This document shows, in pieces, positions 50,839 to 63,164 of a stretch of DNA of 64,000 nt. The notes under the pieces were generated by a model. That model was not told the DNA's origin. It saw nothing but the letters and a program-made list of their open reading frames with translations, and searched no databases. Source of the DNA: Pelomyxa schiedti (Eukaryota; Protista; Evosea); the NCBI GenBank assembly GCA_020536535.1, contig JAHLWZ010000859.1:6447-70446 (forward strand), written 5' to 3'. Position 1 is the stretch's first letter; each line of letters begins with the position of its first letter. The position numbers were made by a program, and so were the translations under genes.

Positions 50839-52077
50839 ATGCAATCAATTCAATTCCAAAGAAGTACAATGGCGAGTACGCCTACAAGAACCACGGCCAA
50901 GTCACAAGTGATGGCAGTGTGCTGTGCGTCAATTGTGGGTACGCCTTGTAGGTCAATGACCGAGTGGGCACGATCGGCGGCGTTGGTGAGGCAGTGGGCC
51001 GAAGAATGGGTCCTCTCTCCATTGTGGGATGCAGTATTTGAGCTCCCGTTCAATGAGACTTACACCAGGGACTTTTTGCCTATTCCACAACATTTTTTGA
51101 TTGTGAGTGTATCTCAGACACTGGGTGTGTTGGGTCATTCTTGGTTCAGGTACAGTGATGACAATGAAACGATGTGTGGCTGCATTGGTGACAACAGGGT
51201 GCTTGTGGTTGCAATCAACAGGCTTCCTGGATGCAATGAGCTCACTAAGCAGCACTTCGTAAGGGACACGACAGCCCCTTGGAACCAAGAGTGTTTACCA
51301 GAACCCTCGCTGACACAATGGGAACCAGTGAGGTTCACAAAGTGCAACAGGAAGTGGATTGTGGGCTGTAATGACGGTGAATCTGTGATATTCATTCACA
51401 GGGTGGTGCGAGGTTCCCCTGTTGGGAGTGATGTTTTGATTAAGTGCAGTCACACAAGGGGAAGTATTGTGCCTGAGTTCACACCACTGGGTGATGACGT
51501 CATTATGCTTCATGAAACAGACGAATACAGCAACACTACTGTGGAGTTTGTTGACGTGAGGGAAAGCTTTGAGAAAAAGGAGCTGGTTGTGACATCAAAG
51601 TTTGAGTGCGGGACGAAATGGCCACTGTTTGAAATAGGAATCACGTGGATGCCTGATGGTTCCCCTTGCATTTTACAGTGTGATGTGTTGGCAAATCCCC
51701 ACGGGAACATCACAACTTACAGGCTGGTCGATTCCTCGACCAAACACACACTAATTCAGGAGTTCCTTTGTAAAAAGGTGGCCACACTAAGCAAGAACCT
51801 CTTGTTTGTAATTTCTGCACAGAGGAAGAGACCAGGACACAACTTCATGCTCCGTCACACTGGTGACCTGGCACATCATCCATCCCTTCGTGTTCCATGC
51901 ACTTGGGCCTCTGGTGACTGGCCAACAGGCCTCATCCTTTCAACATCACACAACCAAAGCAACAACACTGGGGGAGGAAATGAAATACGGTTCTCACTGC
52001 ATGATGGTGTCACTGGATTTCACATTTGTGTCTTCTCTCTGCCACTTCCAACCAATGTCAGATTCAAAGCTTTGTAA
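50839..52077 (+). CDS. single-exon hypothetical protein, 412 aa, predicted beta-rich
   Basis: Uninterrupted 412-codon ORF in an otherwise intron-dense genome; no known motif recognised. Confidence 0.75.
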   Translation: MQSIQFQRSTMASTPTRTTAKSQVMAVCCASIVGTPCRSMTEWARSAALVRQWAEEWVLSPLWDAVFELPFNETYTRDFLPIPQHFLIVSVSQTLGVLGHSWFRYSDDNETMCGCIGDNRVLVVAINRLPGCNELTKQHFVRDTTAPWNQECLPEPSLTQWEPVRFTKCNRKWIVGCNDGESVIFIHRVVRGSPVGSDVLIKCSHTRGSIVPEFTPLGDDVIMLHETDEYSNTTVEFVDVRESFEKKELVVTSKFECGTKWPLFEIGITWMPDGSPCILQCDVLANPHGNITTYRLVDSSTKHTLIQEFLCKKVATLSKNLLFVISAQRKRPGHNFMLRHTGDLAHHPSLRVPCTWASGDWPTGLILSTSHNQSNNTGGGNEIRFSLHDGVTGFHICVFSLPLPTNVRFKAL

Positions 52078-52857
52078 ATTGATTTCGCTTTGAAGGATGT
52101 GAAGGCGAAACGGGGGAACTAGAGATGACAGCACAGGAATGCACAATTGCTCCCAATCCCATACGTCAGTCAGATTTTCCATCCAATCAAAAAAACAAGA
52201 AACAAAAAGAAAACAAATAATGAAACAAACAAGTTGATACCGTCAGTAAACCTAACCGCATACCGGTATGCAACAATCCACATACCAATACGCGCTATCC
52301 TCCTTGCTGTTTCTTGTTTTGTTTTTTTTTCTCATAGGTTTTTTTGTGGAGAATCACGTGTCATCAAATGAGGGGGGCGTGGGGTGCTAGGCGTGTTTTG
52401 GCTACAAAGTTCTGAGGTGTCACGTCTCTACTATGGCGTGATAGCTGCACTACTTTAATCCCCAGCCTCACACCCCCCCAAGCCAAACTTCCATACAGAT
52501 TCTGGAAGTTTGTTGGAGTTCGCTGGAATCAAAAAGTTTGTCGCTCAACTGGTCAATATCCCGCAGTTATAGTCGATGCAAGTATTTCCTTCTCCACGGT
52601 CAAAGAAACACCCGTAGTCCACCACATCACGCTGTTTGTTTTCTAAGAGACTCGAATCACATGTATCTTTGATTCTCTGTACCCGATCGGTTTTTTCCGT
52701 TTTTACGTGCTCATTCTGTGAGTGGCGGCGATGAGGGCGGCGCTTGGGGTGACGTCGCACCCTCTTTTTCCTCTTTCTTCCTCTCTCTTACTTTAAATAG
52801 AGCTCCAGGGCCTCGGCATCTCGTGGGTGTTTTTGTTTGTTTGTTTGTTGTTTCCTG

Positions 52858-55236
52858 ATGTTTTGCAGCCACACAAACCAAGTTAAATGGGCGCGTGGTG
52901 AGTTTATCTGTTTCCCTTCACACTATCAAGCCAACTTTACCACAACAGAAGCAACGCAATGTAAGTCGTATGCCACTGTGATTTTTCTAATTCTTCCCCC
53001 CTATCAGGTGTATATTGTACGAGTTTGGTCTGCATCGTCTTCAGTAATCCTATTTAAAAGGTTCCGAGATTTTAGTAGTCTCTATGAAATTGTGGGCATT
53101 ACTCTTAGCTTCTTAACTCAAAAAAAGTAATTCCACCTACAGGTTCAACGAAAGTTTAGGCACGCCAAAATTCCACACCTCCCTCCAAGACACATTATGG
53201 GGCTTACTGATATGGACGCCTTTGAAGCTAAGCGTGTGCATCAGTTAGAAAGCTTCCTCAAGACTATTGCTTTGCTCCCCAATTGCTTCAATATCCCAGA
53301 GGTTAAGGGGTGGTTACAAGAGCATAGTCCACGATCGAAACCAAAAGTATCAAGCTATTCCCACAGTAGAAATGTAAGGAAAACAAGGTGTCAGATGGCA
53401 ACAACCAGGTTGGAATGCAGCTGATTAGTAAATGCTCAGAGCCTACTCTCGACCTCTCTGGAGTCAAGTTCAACTTCGATCAAGTAGAAATCTCCCACAA
53501 TAGATCTCATATTTCCCCTTACAGACTTCTAGACCCACTTCAGTGAAATTCAAAACCTCGTTTTCTTAACGAACCTGAATCTATCCTTCAATTTGATGCC
53601 ACTGTTCCCTGACCTCACATCCTTGATTAATCTTGAAACCCTTGATGTGAGTTTCAACCGACTCACTTCACTTGAAGGCATTGGTGAGTTGAGATCCCTC
53701 AAGGTGTGCACCAGAATGTCTTACTTCATCAGAAATTTGACTGCCCTTTAAAGCATCTCTTTGTCTCGAGCAACCGTCTCACTCAGATTTCTGAGGAAAT
53801 TGGAAATCTTTCAAACCTAGAGCTATTGCACTGCTTTAATAACGAGATCAGTACCATAAACGCCGCTTTGGGGCGCTTACAGAATCTCAAAGATTTGGAT
53901 GTCAGTGGAAACCCCTTAACAGAGCTTCCAAACGAAATTGGTCACTGCACAGCCCTAGAGGTTAGGGAAGACTTATTCAAGTCTTCTTATTCAATATTCA
54001 GTCCTTGAACGCCAGTGATTGCCATTTGAGTGAACTGCCGCCTTCCATTACCAATCTAAAGCGTCTCTGTGTTCTGAATGTGTCAGACAACTTCCTGTGT
54101 TTTCTTCCTTACGATATTGGACACTTGACACGGTTCCCTAAACTTTATTTTTGCCTTTTTTCCCAATTTTCCTTAGGTTGTGCAGCCTTAGTGTGGCGGA
54201 CAACAGATTAGGAGAATTACCGCCTTCCTTATGGTATCTCACATTTAATCTGCCTTTCGTTCCCCTTTATGCATCACCTGCACAAATTGAACGTTACAAA
54301 CACCAAGATACAACAGCTTGTGCAAGCTTACAGTGCAATTTGGAGGCAATGGCTTGATTCTCTTTGGGAATAATCTCCCCAGTGAATTCATGCACAGCTA
54401 TTCTCTTGGAGTAGAAAAGTTATTCAACACCTTGAAGGGAAAGCTATCCACTCAGCCACTTCCTCCACCGCCACAGCCGCCACCGCTACCGGTAATCGCG
54501 AAGCCGGCCTCACCACCCCCCCAAACGCCACCTTCGCCTCCACCATCTTTCTCTCCCCAATTGCCCCCACAACCGCAGCAGGTCACAATAACCAAGGCAC
54601 AAGCACCAAATGAATTTACCCCTTTAGCTGAAAATCTCAACAGCATTGTTAACACTCTCCTTCAGTGGGTTTTGTGTGTGGATTCTGTACTGCTCACGAA
54701 TTTAAAATTTCAAAAGATTCTTGCTGTAGGCTACACTGTCTCCAACATTCTAGAGGTGCAACCCTTGTTCCTTTCCCAAAACCTAATGTTTCTTCCTTCA
54801 GTGCGTACAAAAGGCACTTAGGATTGTACCTTGTCAGGCAACATATCTCCCACCAGATACATTCAGACAAATGGTGCATGAGGTTTTACTTTGCGAGTCT
54901 GAGGCCACAGCACTAGCGTCTCCCAAATCAAACAGCAATACGACCTCCAACACTTCAGCTGCTCCCAACAGCCCAACTTCAATGCCACCCACCGGCAACA
55001 GCAACAACAGCAATTCAAATTCGAACACAAGCTCCCCCACATCTCCACACCTTAGCAAACTATCCAGTGTAGTGCAGTCCAATGCTGCCTCACTCAGAAC
55101 AGCATTGACCTCATTGAGTTCATTCTTCTCTGATGTTCAATCACTACCGGCACACACCCTCATTGAGCTCAACAACACACTTTCTCCTTCCATCATTCTT
55201 GTAGCCTCCTGGTTGTCCGTTCAATCTCTAACTTGA
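52858..55236 (+). CDS. PX domain + leucine-rich repeats + proline-rich protein
   Basis: PX: VYIVRV...FKRFRDFSSLY...IPHLPPRH...EAKRVHQLESFL; multiple LxxLxLxxNxL repeats (LQNLKDLDVSGNPLTELPNEIG); QPLPPPPQPPPLP. Confidence 0.85.
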
Positions 55237-55301
55237 GCCGAAACACCAAGAGGAAAAATAAACTAAGTTTCAAATTTCGCTCTATTCTTTCAAATGGTTG
55301 A

Positions 55302-58300
55302 CTATGTTCTGCCACCTTTTGGTTTTACTGTCCCTGGTTTGAGAGTAGCCAGGTTTCTTGCGGATTGTGTATTTGATGTGGATAGTGTGGGAGAGTTGGC
55401 CGAGTTTTCAGAACCGCTACTGTTAAGAACAGGTTTGCTTTTCTGGGGTCCGACATGAGCTTTTTGTACTTGGGAAGCGAACTGAAGTGCACTGGAAATT
55501 TTCAATTAGTTTAAACAGTATATTAAAGAATCTAGGAGTACTTCAGAGTGTGATGTAAGTCTTTTTGAGTGGGAGATACGGCAACAATCATAAGAACTTT
55601 CGCTGTGCCGGCTATTAAGATGGGTCAGTTTTGAAAAACCTATAGATTCCGATACTGAGGAAGTTTTTTAGGTATCGAGTCAACATGCAATCAGCGAAGG
55701 GTACATATTTTGCGTTGTTTTCTACGAATACTTTGAGAAACGAAGAACGGAGTGAAGAGAAGTACTTATTGCACTGATTACAGTGATTAGGTGTGACAGA
55801 GATGCGTTAATTGTGGCTGCTTCTTCTTTCTGTTTGCCTACAACTTCACTTTCGTCAAGACGCTCACATCCAGCAAGGTCTATAAGATTCAAAGTGCTTT
55901 CATAAGACTCGTGTGAAACTGCGTTATTGGCCACAATTTTAAGCTGAAATATACTTGGTAGAATTAACTTTTTGGATTGAAAATAGTATGTTTCTGTTAC
56001 CAATGTGATCTGGATGAATGTGCATTTACAGCTGTAGGTGCTTGTGCTCTGTTTTGGTATGCAGCACGGAGCAATTCAAAAACTTGTTCTGGTGATGATA
56101 CTTCCACTGGGTTGCGTTAGCTGACTATAGAAGGTGAAACGAGTGTAAATGTTGAGGGGTGCAGTGTTGACCTGATGCTATGTCAGGTTTTAAAGTTTTG
56201 TGTTCAGGAGTTTGGGGAGGAACGACCCTTTTTGTAAGGTCACGAACTTTGTCCATATAAATCTACAATTTTGTCACCAGCAATACAAAGAAAGGGAAGA
56301 AAACCTCTGCAATACTGACATACAAATGGAAATCCCACCCATAGGGGGAGAGAGTTGCGATACAGCCAAAAATCTGGTCCATGGCCCGTGGTATTATACC
56401 CCTTTGCAGCCAAATACTGGAAGGAAGGTCCGTTTTTGATCTAATGAAGACCTCTGGTGGGCCTTCCATGGTATATGTCTTCCCACTCCCGGTTTGCCCA
56501 TACCTGTACAATGTTAACCGAAATTGATTGGAATAATTCCTACGCAAAGAGACAGCAGTTGTATCCGTCAAGTACACTTTGGATAAAATCAGAGGCAACA
56601 TTTTGAAAAACTATTTCTTGGGATGTCGTAGGAGCCAAAACCTTGGAATGTAAAGACACTCTTAACAAAGTAGTACATACATAGTCAAACTTAAAGTTGA
56701 CCGGTTCCAATCGAGTTTCACCTTTCAAATTTTGCTTTTTTATGGCATAAGTTAGAGTGGAACTGGAAGATGAAGAATACAAGTGGTTTTAAGACTTGAA
56801 GTTCTTCATTACCGGCTGGAATAGAAAATTGGATAGGAATTTCATTTTCTGTTCGATATTAGCGACCAGCATGAAATGCCACATGATACCTTGTACTTTT
56901 CGAATTCGACATACAACTCGAATATTTCCCTCAAGGTCTTGTATTCTATTGTGCATACTACGTCTCGTCCGCTCCCACTGCAGTGTCTTTTCTGTGTGAA
57001 GTTTATGCCTCTCCTCAATTTCAGCTGTATATCTTGCACTGCACGCTTCCAGTTCTCTCTTTTGCTGCTGTTTAATACACTCAATTTCCTGGTTATGCTG
57101 CTCAATTGTGTGCGTCATTTCACTTTGATGAGCCGTAGTGAGAGTTTCTAGTTCTTCACTGTGGTGCTTGGCCTGCTCAGCATATTGCTCCTTCAAGTGC
57201 TAAGGATAATAGATCAGTGAGAAATAGGTTTAGAAAATTGGGTAGATACTTGCAAAGCAGTATTTAGAGATTCAATGGCTTGTTCTTTTTCTCCAAGGAC
57301 AAGAGTTTGCCGGTCATATTTTTCCTTTATTTACATTTAATCCTTCACAAAAAATGCAGGTAAAACCTCCAATTCCCTCTTTGATTTTGCGGCAGCTCGC
57401 AGTTCCACATCTTTTTCCTTCAAACTGCTTCTTGCAGAGTCTAAATCAGCTGTTAATGCTGCCAGCTTGGATTCAAGGAGAGCCATGTGATCTCTGAGTT
57501 TGGATTCCAATGTGCCAGCATGCTCCTTATTCACTCTGAGGCGATCATCTTAACCTATTAGAGGGAAAAACTGCAGGAAACGGATAGACCTCTTTCCACA
57601 AGTGACTTCTCCAAAGTCCTTATTTTCTCTTTAAGAGTAACTTCAGCGGTTGGTTGCCTACAAAAAGATTAGTTTGACCGATTTTTGAGTGATTTTTGCC
57701 TGAGGCAACCTGCTAAGGGGAGTAGCTTCAGTGTTAGGTGGCCTACTTAGTTTAGGAGCAGGTTTCTTGGCCTGCTCAACAATTGGTTTCTTGGCCTCAG
57801 ACACAGGCTTTTTTAGCTGTACCTCTACTCTCGCTTTCTTCCCAGGTGGTTGATAAAGTTTGTTGTGATAGGGAGTTGTTTTCCGCTTGCTAACAGCAGC
57901 TGTGGTACCTGTAGTGCTTGTGCTGGGCTTGGTAGTACTTTTAGCTGGTGGCTTAGACCCTGTTGTGCTGGACTGGCGTAACCCTGCAATACGAGATTTG
58001 CCAAATGGCAGACTTCCTGTGCTACTTGTAGGAACGAGGTGGTTTCGCCGGTTGGTCACTTGAATAGGTTTGGTTGTAGGTCTAGCCTTGGATGAGTGTG
58101 CCGCACTTGTCACAGGTTTTGGTTTTATGCCAATTTTTGGCATTTGTGTGGGATTCTTAAGAGTAGAATTTTTCATCTTGTTTGCTACAATTGGCTTTGC
58201 TGCTGTAGACTTCTCAGCTGAGGGAACAGGAATGCCAGATGGATGTTCCTTAAGAGAAACAGACTTGGGGGAAGGAATAAATAACTAATAGATAAACCTA

Positions 58301-59413
58301 TATTGTACATACACTGACATTGTGCACAGAAAATAAGTTTGAAGAATTTGCATCACAAGGTTTACTGTCACAGCTTCCAAGTTCTCCTAGTGTTTCCATT
58401 TTCAATGGGGCTATAAACATAGCTGATCCATCTGCTATAGCAGATTCCATGCCATTTGCTCTGCTGGTGTTCTCTAAGGCAGGATAGATGACACTGGGTT
58501 CTAATTGTATATCCTCACCGAGATTTTTCACAGCCTCTCCCAAAAACTGTGTGACTTCACCACAATCAATAGTGGATGAGCCTGCATTTTTGCGCAAATC
58601 CCCAGTCCGTGCCATATCACCTGCCATATTCTTATAACCATTATCAAAATTGCCGCCAGTTCTGTTAGCCGTCATTCCAGTTGATAGCAATCCTCCTCCA
58701 AAATTAGCTGTCCCAGGCACAGCGCCCTGTTCCGTTCCAGTTGTTCTGGCAGCGTCGAACATTGGCTTGAGCGACTCCGCCGTCTTCATGAGCTCCTCCC
58801 TCAGTGTCCCCGCGCCACTAGCGCACCCGTTTGACACCACAAACCTCAGGGACGGGGACAGAGCCCTCGAGGACCTGGTGGCCCACCGCTTCCGCCCCAC
58901 GCGCGGCGCCGTCGTCGGCACGGCGCGCCCTCCTCCGCCGCCCACCTCCGCTCCTTGTTCCTCTGAGCCCACTACCCCTGATCCTGTGGCATTCATGGCC
59001 CCAGAAGCTGAAGTGCCCCCACGTGAGGAATTGAGAACATTGGGAAGTGACGAAGTAGTGTTCGAGCACGCCTGCATCCCCTCCTTTTTCCCATAAGCCG
59101 AGTACGCCGACGAGGACGACGGTGCATAAGCGTCAGAAGAAAACAAAGCCGCAGGATTGGGCCCACCCGTTGCCGTTGCCGCTGTTGATGATGTTGTTGT
59201 TGTTGACGACGTAGATGTTGTTGCGGACATCGTCTGTTGTGCGCAGCGCGGAGTCGACGCGACCAGCGTGAAGTTGGCGAATTTCCGGGTCGTGCGAAGG
59301 TGCAGGGGAGGCGACACGGGGGGCAACAACGCCCGCTGTTGTTGGCCGCGATCGGCCCCCCGCCCCGCGTCGCTGTCGCTGATCGCGTCGGCCGCACCCG
59401 TCCCCTCCTCCAT
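55302..59413 (-). CDS. kinesin-14 (C-terminal motor, Kar3/Ncd type)
   Basis: Basic tail and coiled coil; neck RRSMHNRIQDLEGNIRVVCRIR; FAYGQTGSGKTYTM, NAHSSRSH, LIDLAGCERL, INASLSHL, LQFASQV. Confidence 0.93.
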
Positions 59414-59538
59414 TTTGGTTTGTTTCCGTATCCTTTTTTTTTTTCCCTGTGTTCTCTTCTCTGTGTGCGTTTGCGTTGCGTTCGGTTTTGTTGCCAGTAG
59501 ATCCGAGATTAAAGAGGAGGGTGAGGGCTAGAGCTGAG

Positions 59539-60502
59539 TCAAGAGTCGGAGTCAGAGGAGTATGGGCTGTCACTGGCGGGGGAGCTGCTTTCAATGGAGT
59601 CCTCGTAGTCCTCCTCCTCGTCCTCGTCACTTTCTGGGATTCCGGTCTTTTGCCTCCTTTCTGTTTTGGCAAGTGCTAGCAAGTCCTTTGAAATTGAAGG
59701 TGGAGGGCCAAGCTGGCTGGGACTGAAAACAAAGGCAGTGAATAAATAAGTTTGTGGAGTGGGAATGGGTTCTGAACCTTGGCTTTGGCTTCGCGTTTGT
59801 CATTGTCTTTTTTGGAGCGGTGGGATGCTCTCGCGGTTTTGTAGTGTGCTCTTCAAGTTTTAAATCTTGTTTAATTTTGTCTAGAAGTATCTCTACTTGC
59901 GTGTCTTCGGACTGAGGCTCCTGCAGTAAATTAGCAGTGCTGGCAATTTTCTCTTTTCATTCAAACCTCATACAAATCTAATGAAGGTTTGGCTCCTTGG
60001 GGCCTTGGCAGCTTCGTCCCATTCAACATTGCCAACCGTTTATCTATCCAATTTGGATCCTCTGGAAGTGCACGCTGTGTTCCAGATAGTTTGTTAGCTC
60101 TTTCCTGCCACATACATCAGTGAACCTTCCGTTGTTGGAGGTCCACACCATTATGTTCTGATAGTCCAGTGAGTTAGAACTACTGGAAGTGCAAGAAAAT
60201 GAAGGAGAGTCCCTTTGCCTCTGTAATTGCTGAACTCTCAATGTGTATTCAGTCACTTTTTGCCTCACCTGCCTTCCTTGCTCTCCTGTCAACACTGTTT
60301 TCACATAACAAACAAACAAAAAAAAAAGGGTTAGGGCATTATTGCTGCTTATGTTGTTGACCTCACTCGGGAGAACAGACGTCATAAGAGCAACTGCGCG
60401 ATTGTAAGCAGCCACGGCGCCTTGCAGTTGCCCCTGTTGGTCCAATGACGTCGCCAACCGGGCAGCCTCCGCTGCAGCACTAAGTTGGTTTCGTCCCTCC
60501 AT
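59539..60502 (-). CDS. MIT-domain protein with acidic C-terminal tail
   Basis: AAEAARLATSLDQQGQLQGAVAAYNRAVALM...VRQKVTEYTLRVQQL (MIT three-helix pattern); later exons end ESDEDEEEDYEDS...SDSDS*. Confidence 0.75.
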
Positions 60503-60546
60503 CAATCGGGTTTACTCTAAATCACAAGAAAGAGGTCAACAATTGT

Positions 60547-61480
60547 TTACCATTTCAACGGTGATAAGTCAACGACTTCCCATAAGTCGTTGTCGTCTCT
60601 CATGTGGTAGGCTGTTACCTCTTGATGGCCACAGCCGGGGATCCGGCCCGCGATTTCGTGGGAGTGTAACGTGCGGTTCGTGTTCACGTGCACCAACTTG
60701 AACTTCCCCCCGGCGCTCAGCGACCCGTCCCCGCATTCCAACCTCCAGTTGTCGTTGGTGTCACCTGCACACTTGCTTCTTAGTGCCAACGAAAATGGAG
60801 AGGGTGGAGAGGAGGACAAGGCGAACACACCGACTCCTTTGAAGCCGTAGGCAGTTACCTCCTGCTGACCGGTGCAGGGGCTTGGGTGGCCGTAGTGGCT
60901 GTGGAGGTTTTTCTGGGTTATGAGGTGCTCCAGCCTCAGGATGTCAGTGTTGCAGACAGGCTCTCGGTGGTGCTCGAGGCCGTGCGCGTGCTTGATCAAC
61001 CACAGGTAGTTATCGTCCCTGCCATCGTAGCAGGTTACTTGCTGTTGCCTGCTGGACTTTGTGTGCTCGTAGCTAATCCGATAAGTCAATGAGTGTGTGA
61101 CTTCATCATCAGAGTTTCATTTCTGGTCCTGGGTGTGCTTGTACTACTCTCCTGGTAGATTCTTCAAAAAGTTCTATTATAAATAAATCTATTGTTGTAA
61201 AAGGATAAAAAAAGGAGTGTAAATCTCACATGCAATTGGAAGATTTATTGAAAGTGCCACCTGATTGCACCTGGGATGTTGTTCACTTCTGTGGGCTCGA
61301 GAATGAGTCCCACAGAGGAAGAAAAACAAACCTCCTGCCAGCTTCTTATTGCTGTATAGCACATACAGCAGCGTAGGGGAGTGGGAAAATGATTGTGTGT
61401 ATGGTGCGAATCGGGACTTCATTGTTCTGGAAAGAGGATGGGTGTTATGCCTGCAGGACAGGGCCACAGGTCAGGCATCA
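60547..61480 (-). CDS. MIR-domain (SDF2-like beta-trefoil) protein; 5' structure unresolved
   Basis: QQQVTCYDGRDDNYLW, LRLEHLITQKNLHSH...QQEVTAYG...GDTNDNW, KLVHVNTNRTLHSH...HQEVTAY...DDNDLW; in-frame intron at ~60766-60830. Confidence 0.8.
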
Positions 61481-61977
61481 CTTCTTCTCAATGGTGGAAA
61501 AGAGAAAAGAAAGAGCAACAACCACAATCAAGAAACCCATTGTTGTGCAAATTGGGGGGTGGGTGTAATTCTCATCACCCAGTTTACAGATATCAATGAA
61601 GATTGTGTGTTACTTGACTGCCAACAAGTTGATGACCAAAATCAAAATTTTTGTGGGATTATATTGGTTGACCCATGGCACCTGACGCTGTGCATCGCGT
61701 TGTAAGACGAGCCCTTGTGGATGTCCGAAACGAAAGTCGGCAAGCGAACAAAAGTGTTCTCTATTATTTCTATAACTTCTAATCCTTTAGGATAGTTCTA
61801 AACAGTGTGTGTGGTGATGTCACTGCGACTGCTGATAGAACTATAGCCGATCTGGTCCGGTTTGGGTGAGTGTGATTTAGGTCTGCTGGATGTGGGTTCT
61901 GAAACGGCCTACAGCGTCCACAGAATACTCGGGCTTAGGACGTACCACTCACAACCGTCAACCTCAGTGACAGGCTG

Positions 61978-63021
61978 GTGTACTCTGAAAAAGCATTCCG
62001 GGAACTAATCAGTTTTCCTGTATGGAGAATAATATTTTTGTTTAGCATTGCACCTACACGCACATTGGGCCCGATCCACAACACTTGTGGCCTTATGGTC
62101 ACCTGCGATCCCTCGATATATCGGGCCGTTGGCCTTTCGACCACGTTTCCCAACAGTGCCACCATTATGACGGGCGCATCGACTGCTTATGGGACATCGA
62201 CGGCATCTAGCACTACTAGAGTTGCATCTGCTTCGGAAAACTGCGATAATGGGACTGAGCACGCGGTGGGAATCATGACGCAAGAACACATCTCGATCTC
62301 GATCCCACCAACTTCCACAAATTCAAGCACTGAGGACGATTTTATTTCCCTCTCTGAGTATGGTAGTGACTGGAGCAGTTTCGAGGTTCCTCCTCCTTTT
62401 GTATATTGCCTATTCTTCTTTTTTCATTCTGTCATAACTCTTGTGCCGTTCCAAAGAGCCCAACTCCCGTTACTGCATCATGCGATTCCAGTCATGAGGC
62501 TGATCACACAGTTATGCAACAGCCGAGTGAGGGGCACCAAGGTATTGCCTTTTTCTCGGCAGAAATCTTATCATCAACCAGAAAGAAAAAGAGGACGCTA
62601 TGCCGGCTCCCATTCATTGCAACCACAACATCCCAAGCCGCGTACTACAACCACTGCATCCTCCAAACCGCGTACGACAACTATCAAAAGTCCGGCTGCA
62701 CTGCTGAAAAAGAACAAACAACGCCGTAAGAAGTACGCCGTGATCTTGGAGAATTCAAAGACAACTGCCACAAATTCTTCCTTAAGCACCTCTGAGGTTC
62801 CAACTTTTTCCCCTGCACAGCCTGAGGAGTGTGAACCGCCTGCGTATTGGACTCCAGAAAATACCCTCAAGTACAAGGAGTTAGCAATTAGGAAGAAGGA
62901 ATACCTCGACAAGGCCAACACTTCTGATAGAAAATGGTGCCGACAAAGAATGCTCAAAAACTCGCTAAGGATGGACGAGCAGATGCAGAAAATGGTACAA
63001 AATGACAAATTGCATTATTAA
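61978..63021 (+). CDS. hypothetical protein, basic/low-complexity, with helical C-terminus
   Basis: 347-codon ORF, probably containing an intron around 62400-62455; C-terminal PPAYWTPENTLKYKELAIRKKEYL...; no family recognised. Confidence 0.5.
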   Translation: MYSEKAFRELISFPVWRIIFLFSIAPTRTLGPIHNTCGLMVTCDPSIYRAVGLSTTFPNSATIMTGASTAYGTSTASSTTRVASASENCDNGTEHAVGIMTQEHISISIPPTSTNSSTEDDFISLSEYGSDWSSFEVPPPFVYCLFFFFHSVITLVPFQRAQLPLLHHAIPVMRLITQLCNSRVRGTKVLPFSRQKSYHQPERKRGRYAGSHSLQPQHPKPRTTTTASSKPRTTTIKSPAALLKKNKQRRKKYAVILENSKTTATNSSLSTSEVPTFSPAQPEECEPPAYWTPENTLKYKELAIRKKEYLDKANTSDRKWCRQRMLKNSLRMDEQMQKMVQNDKLHY

Positions 63022-63164
63022 AAAATGTTGGTGGGTTCTAATCTTTTAAATCCCCCGGAAATAATAGCTTCAACTAATTCCATGTAAACAGGGTAATGAA
63101 ACCGGAACGATTACTAGTGATAATCTGGCACATAATTCAGCATGTAACAACTAACCAAATCAAA

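Noticed and set aside
59780-60060. Faint resemblance of the MIT protein mid-region to ZFYVE19/ANCHR-type motifs
   Set aside because: Too short and generic to support without a profile search; no FYVE or B-box cysteines are present.
60480-60560. Spliced fusion of the MIR and MIT genes
   Set aside because: The candidate GTAAAC...TTTAG intron yields immediate stops, and an in-frame TAA lies just upstream of the MIT start.
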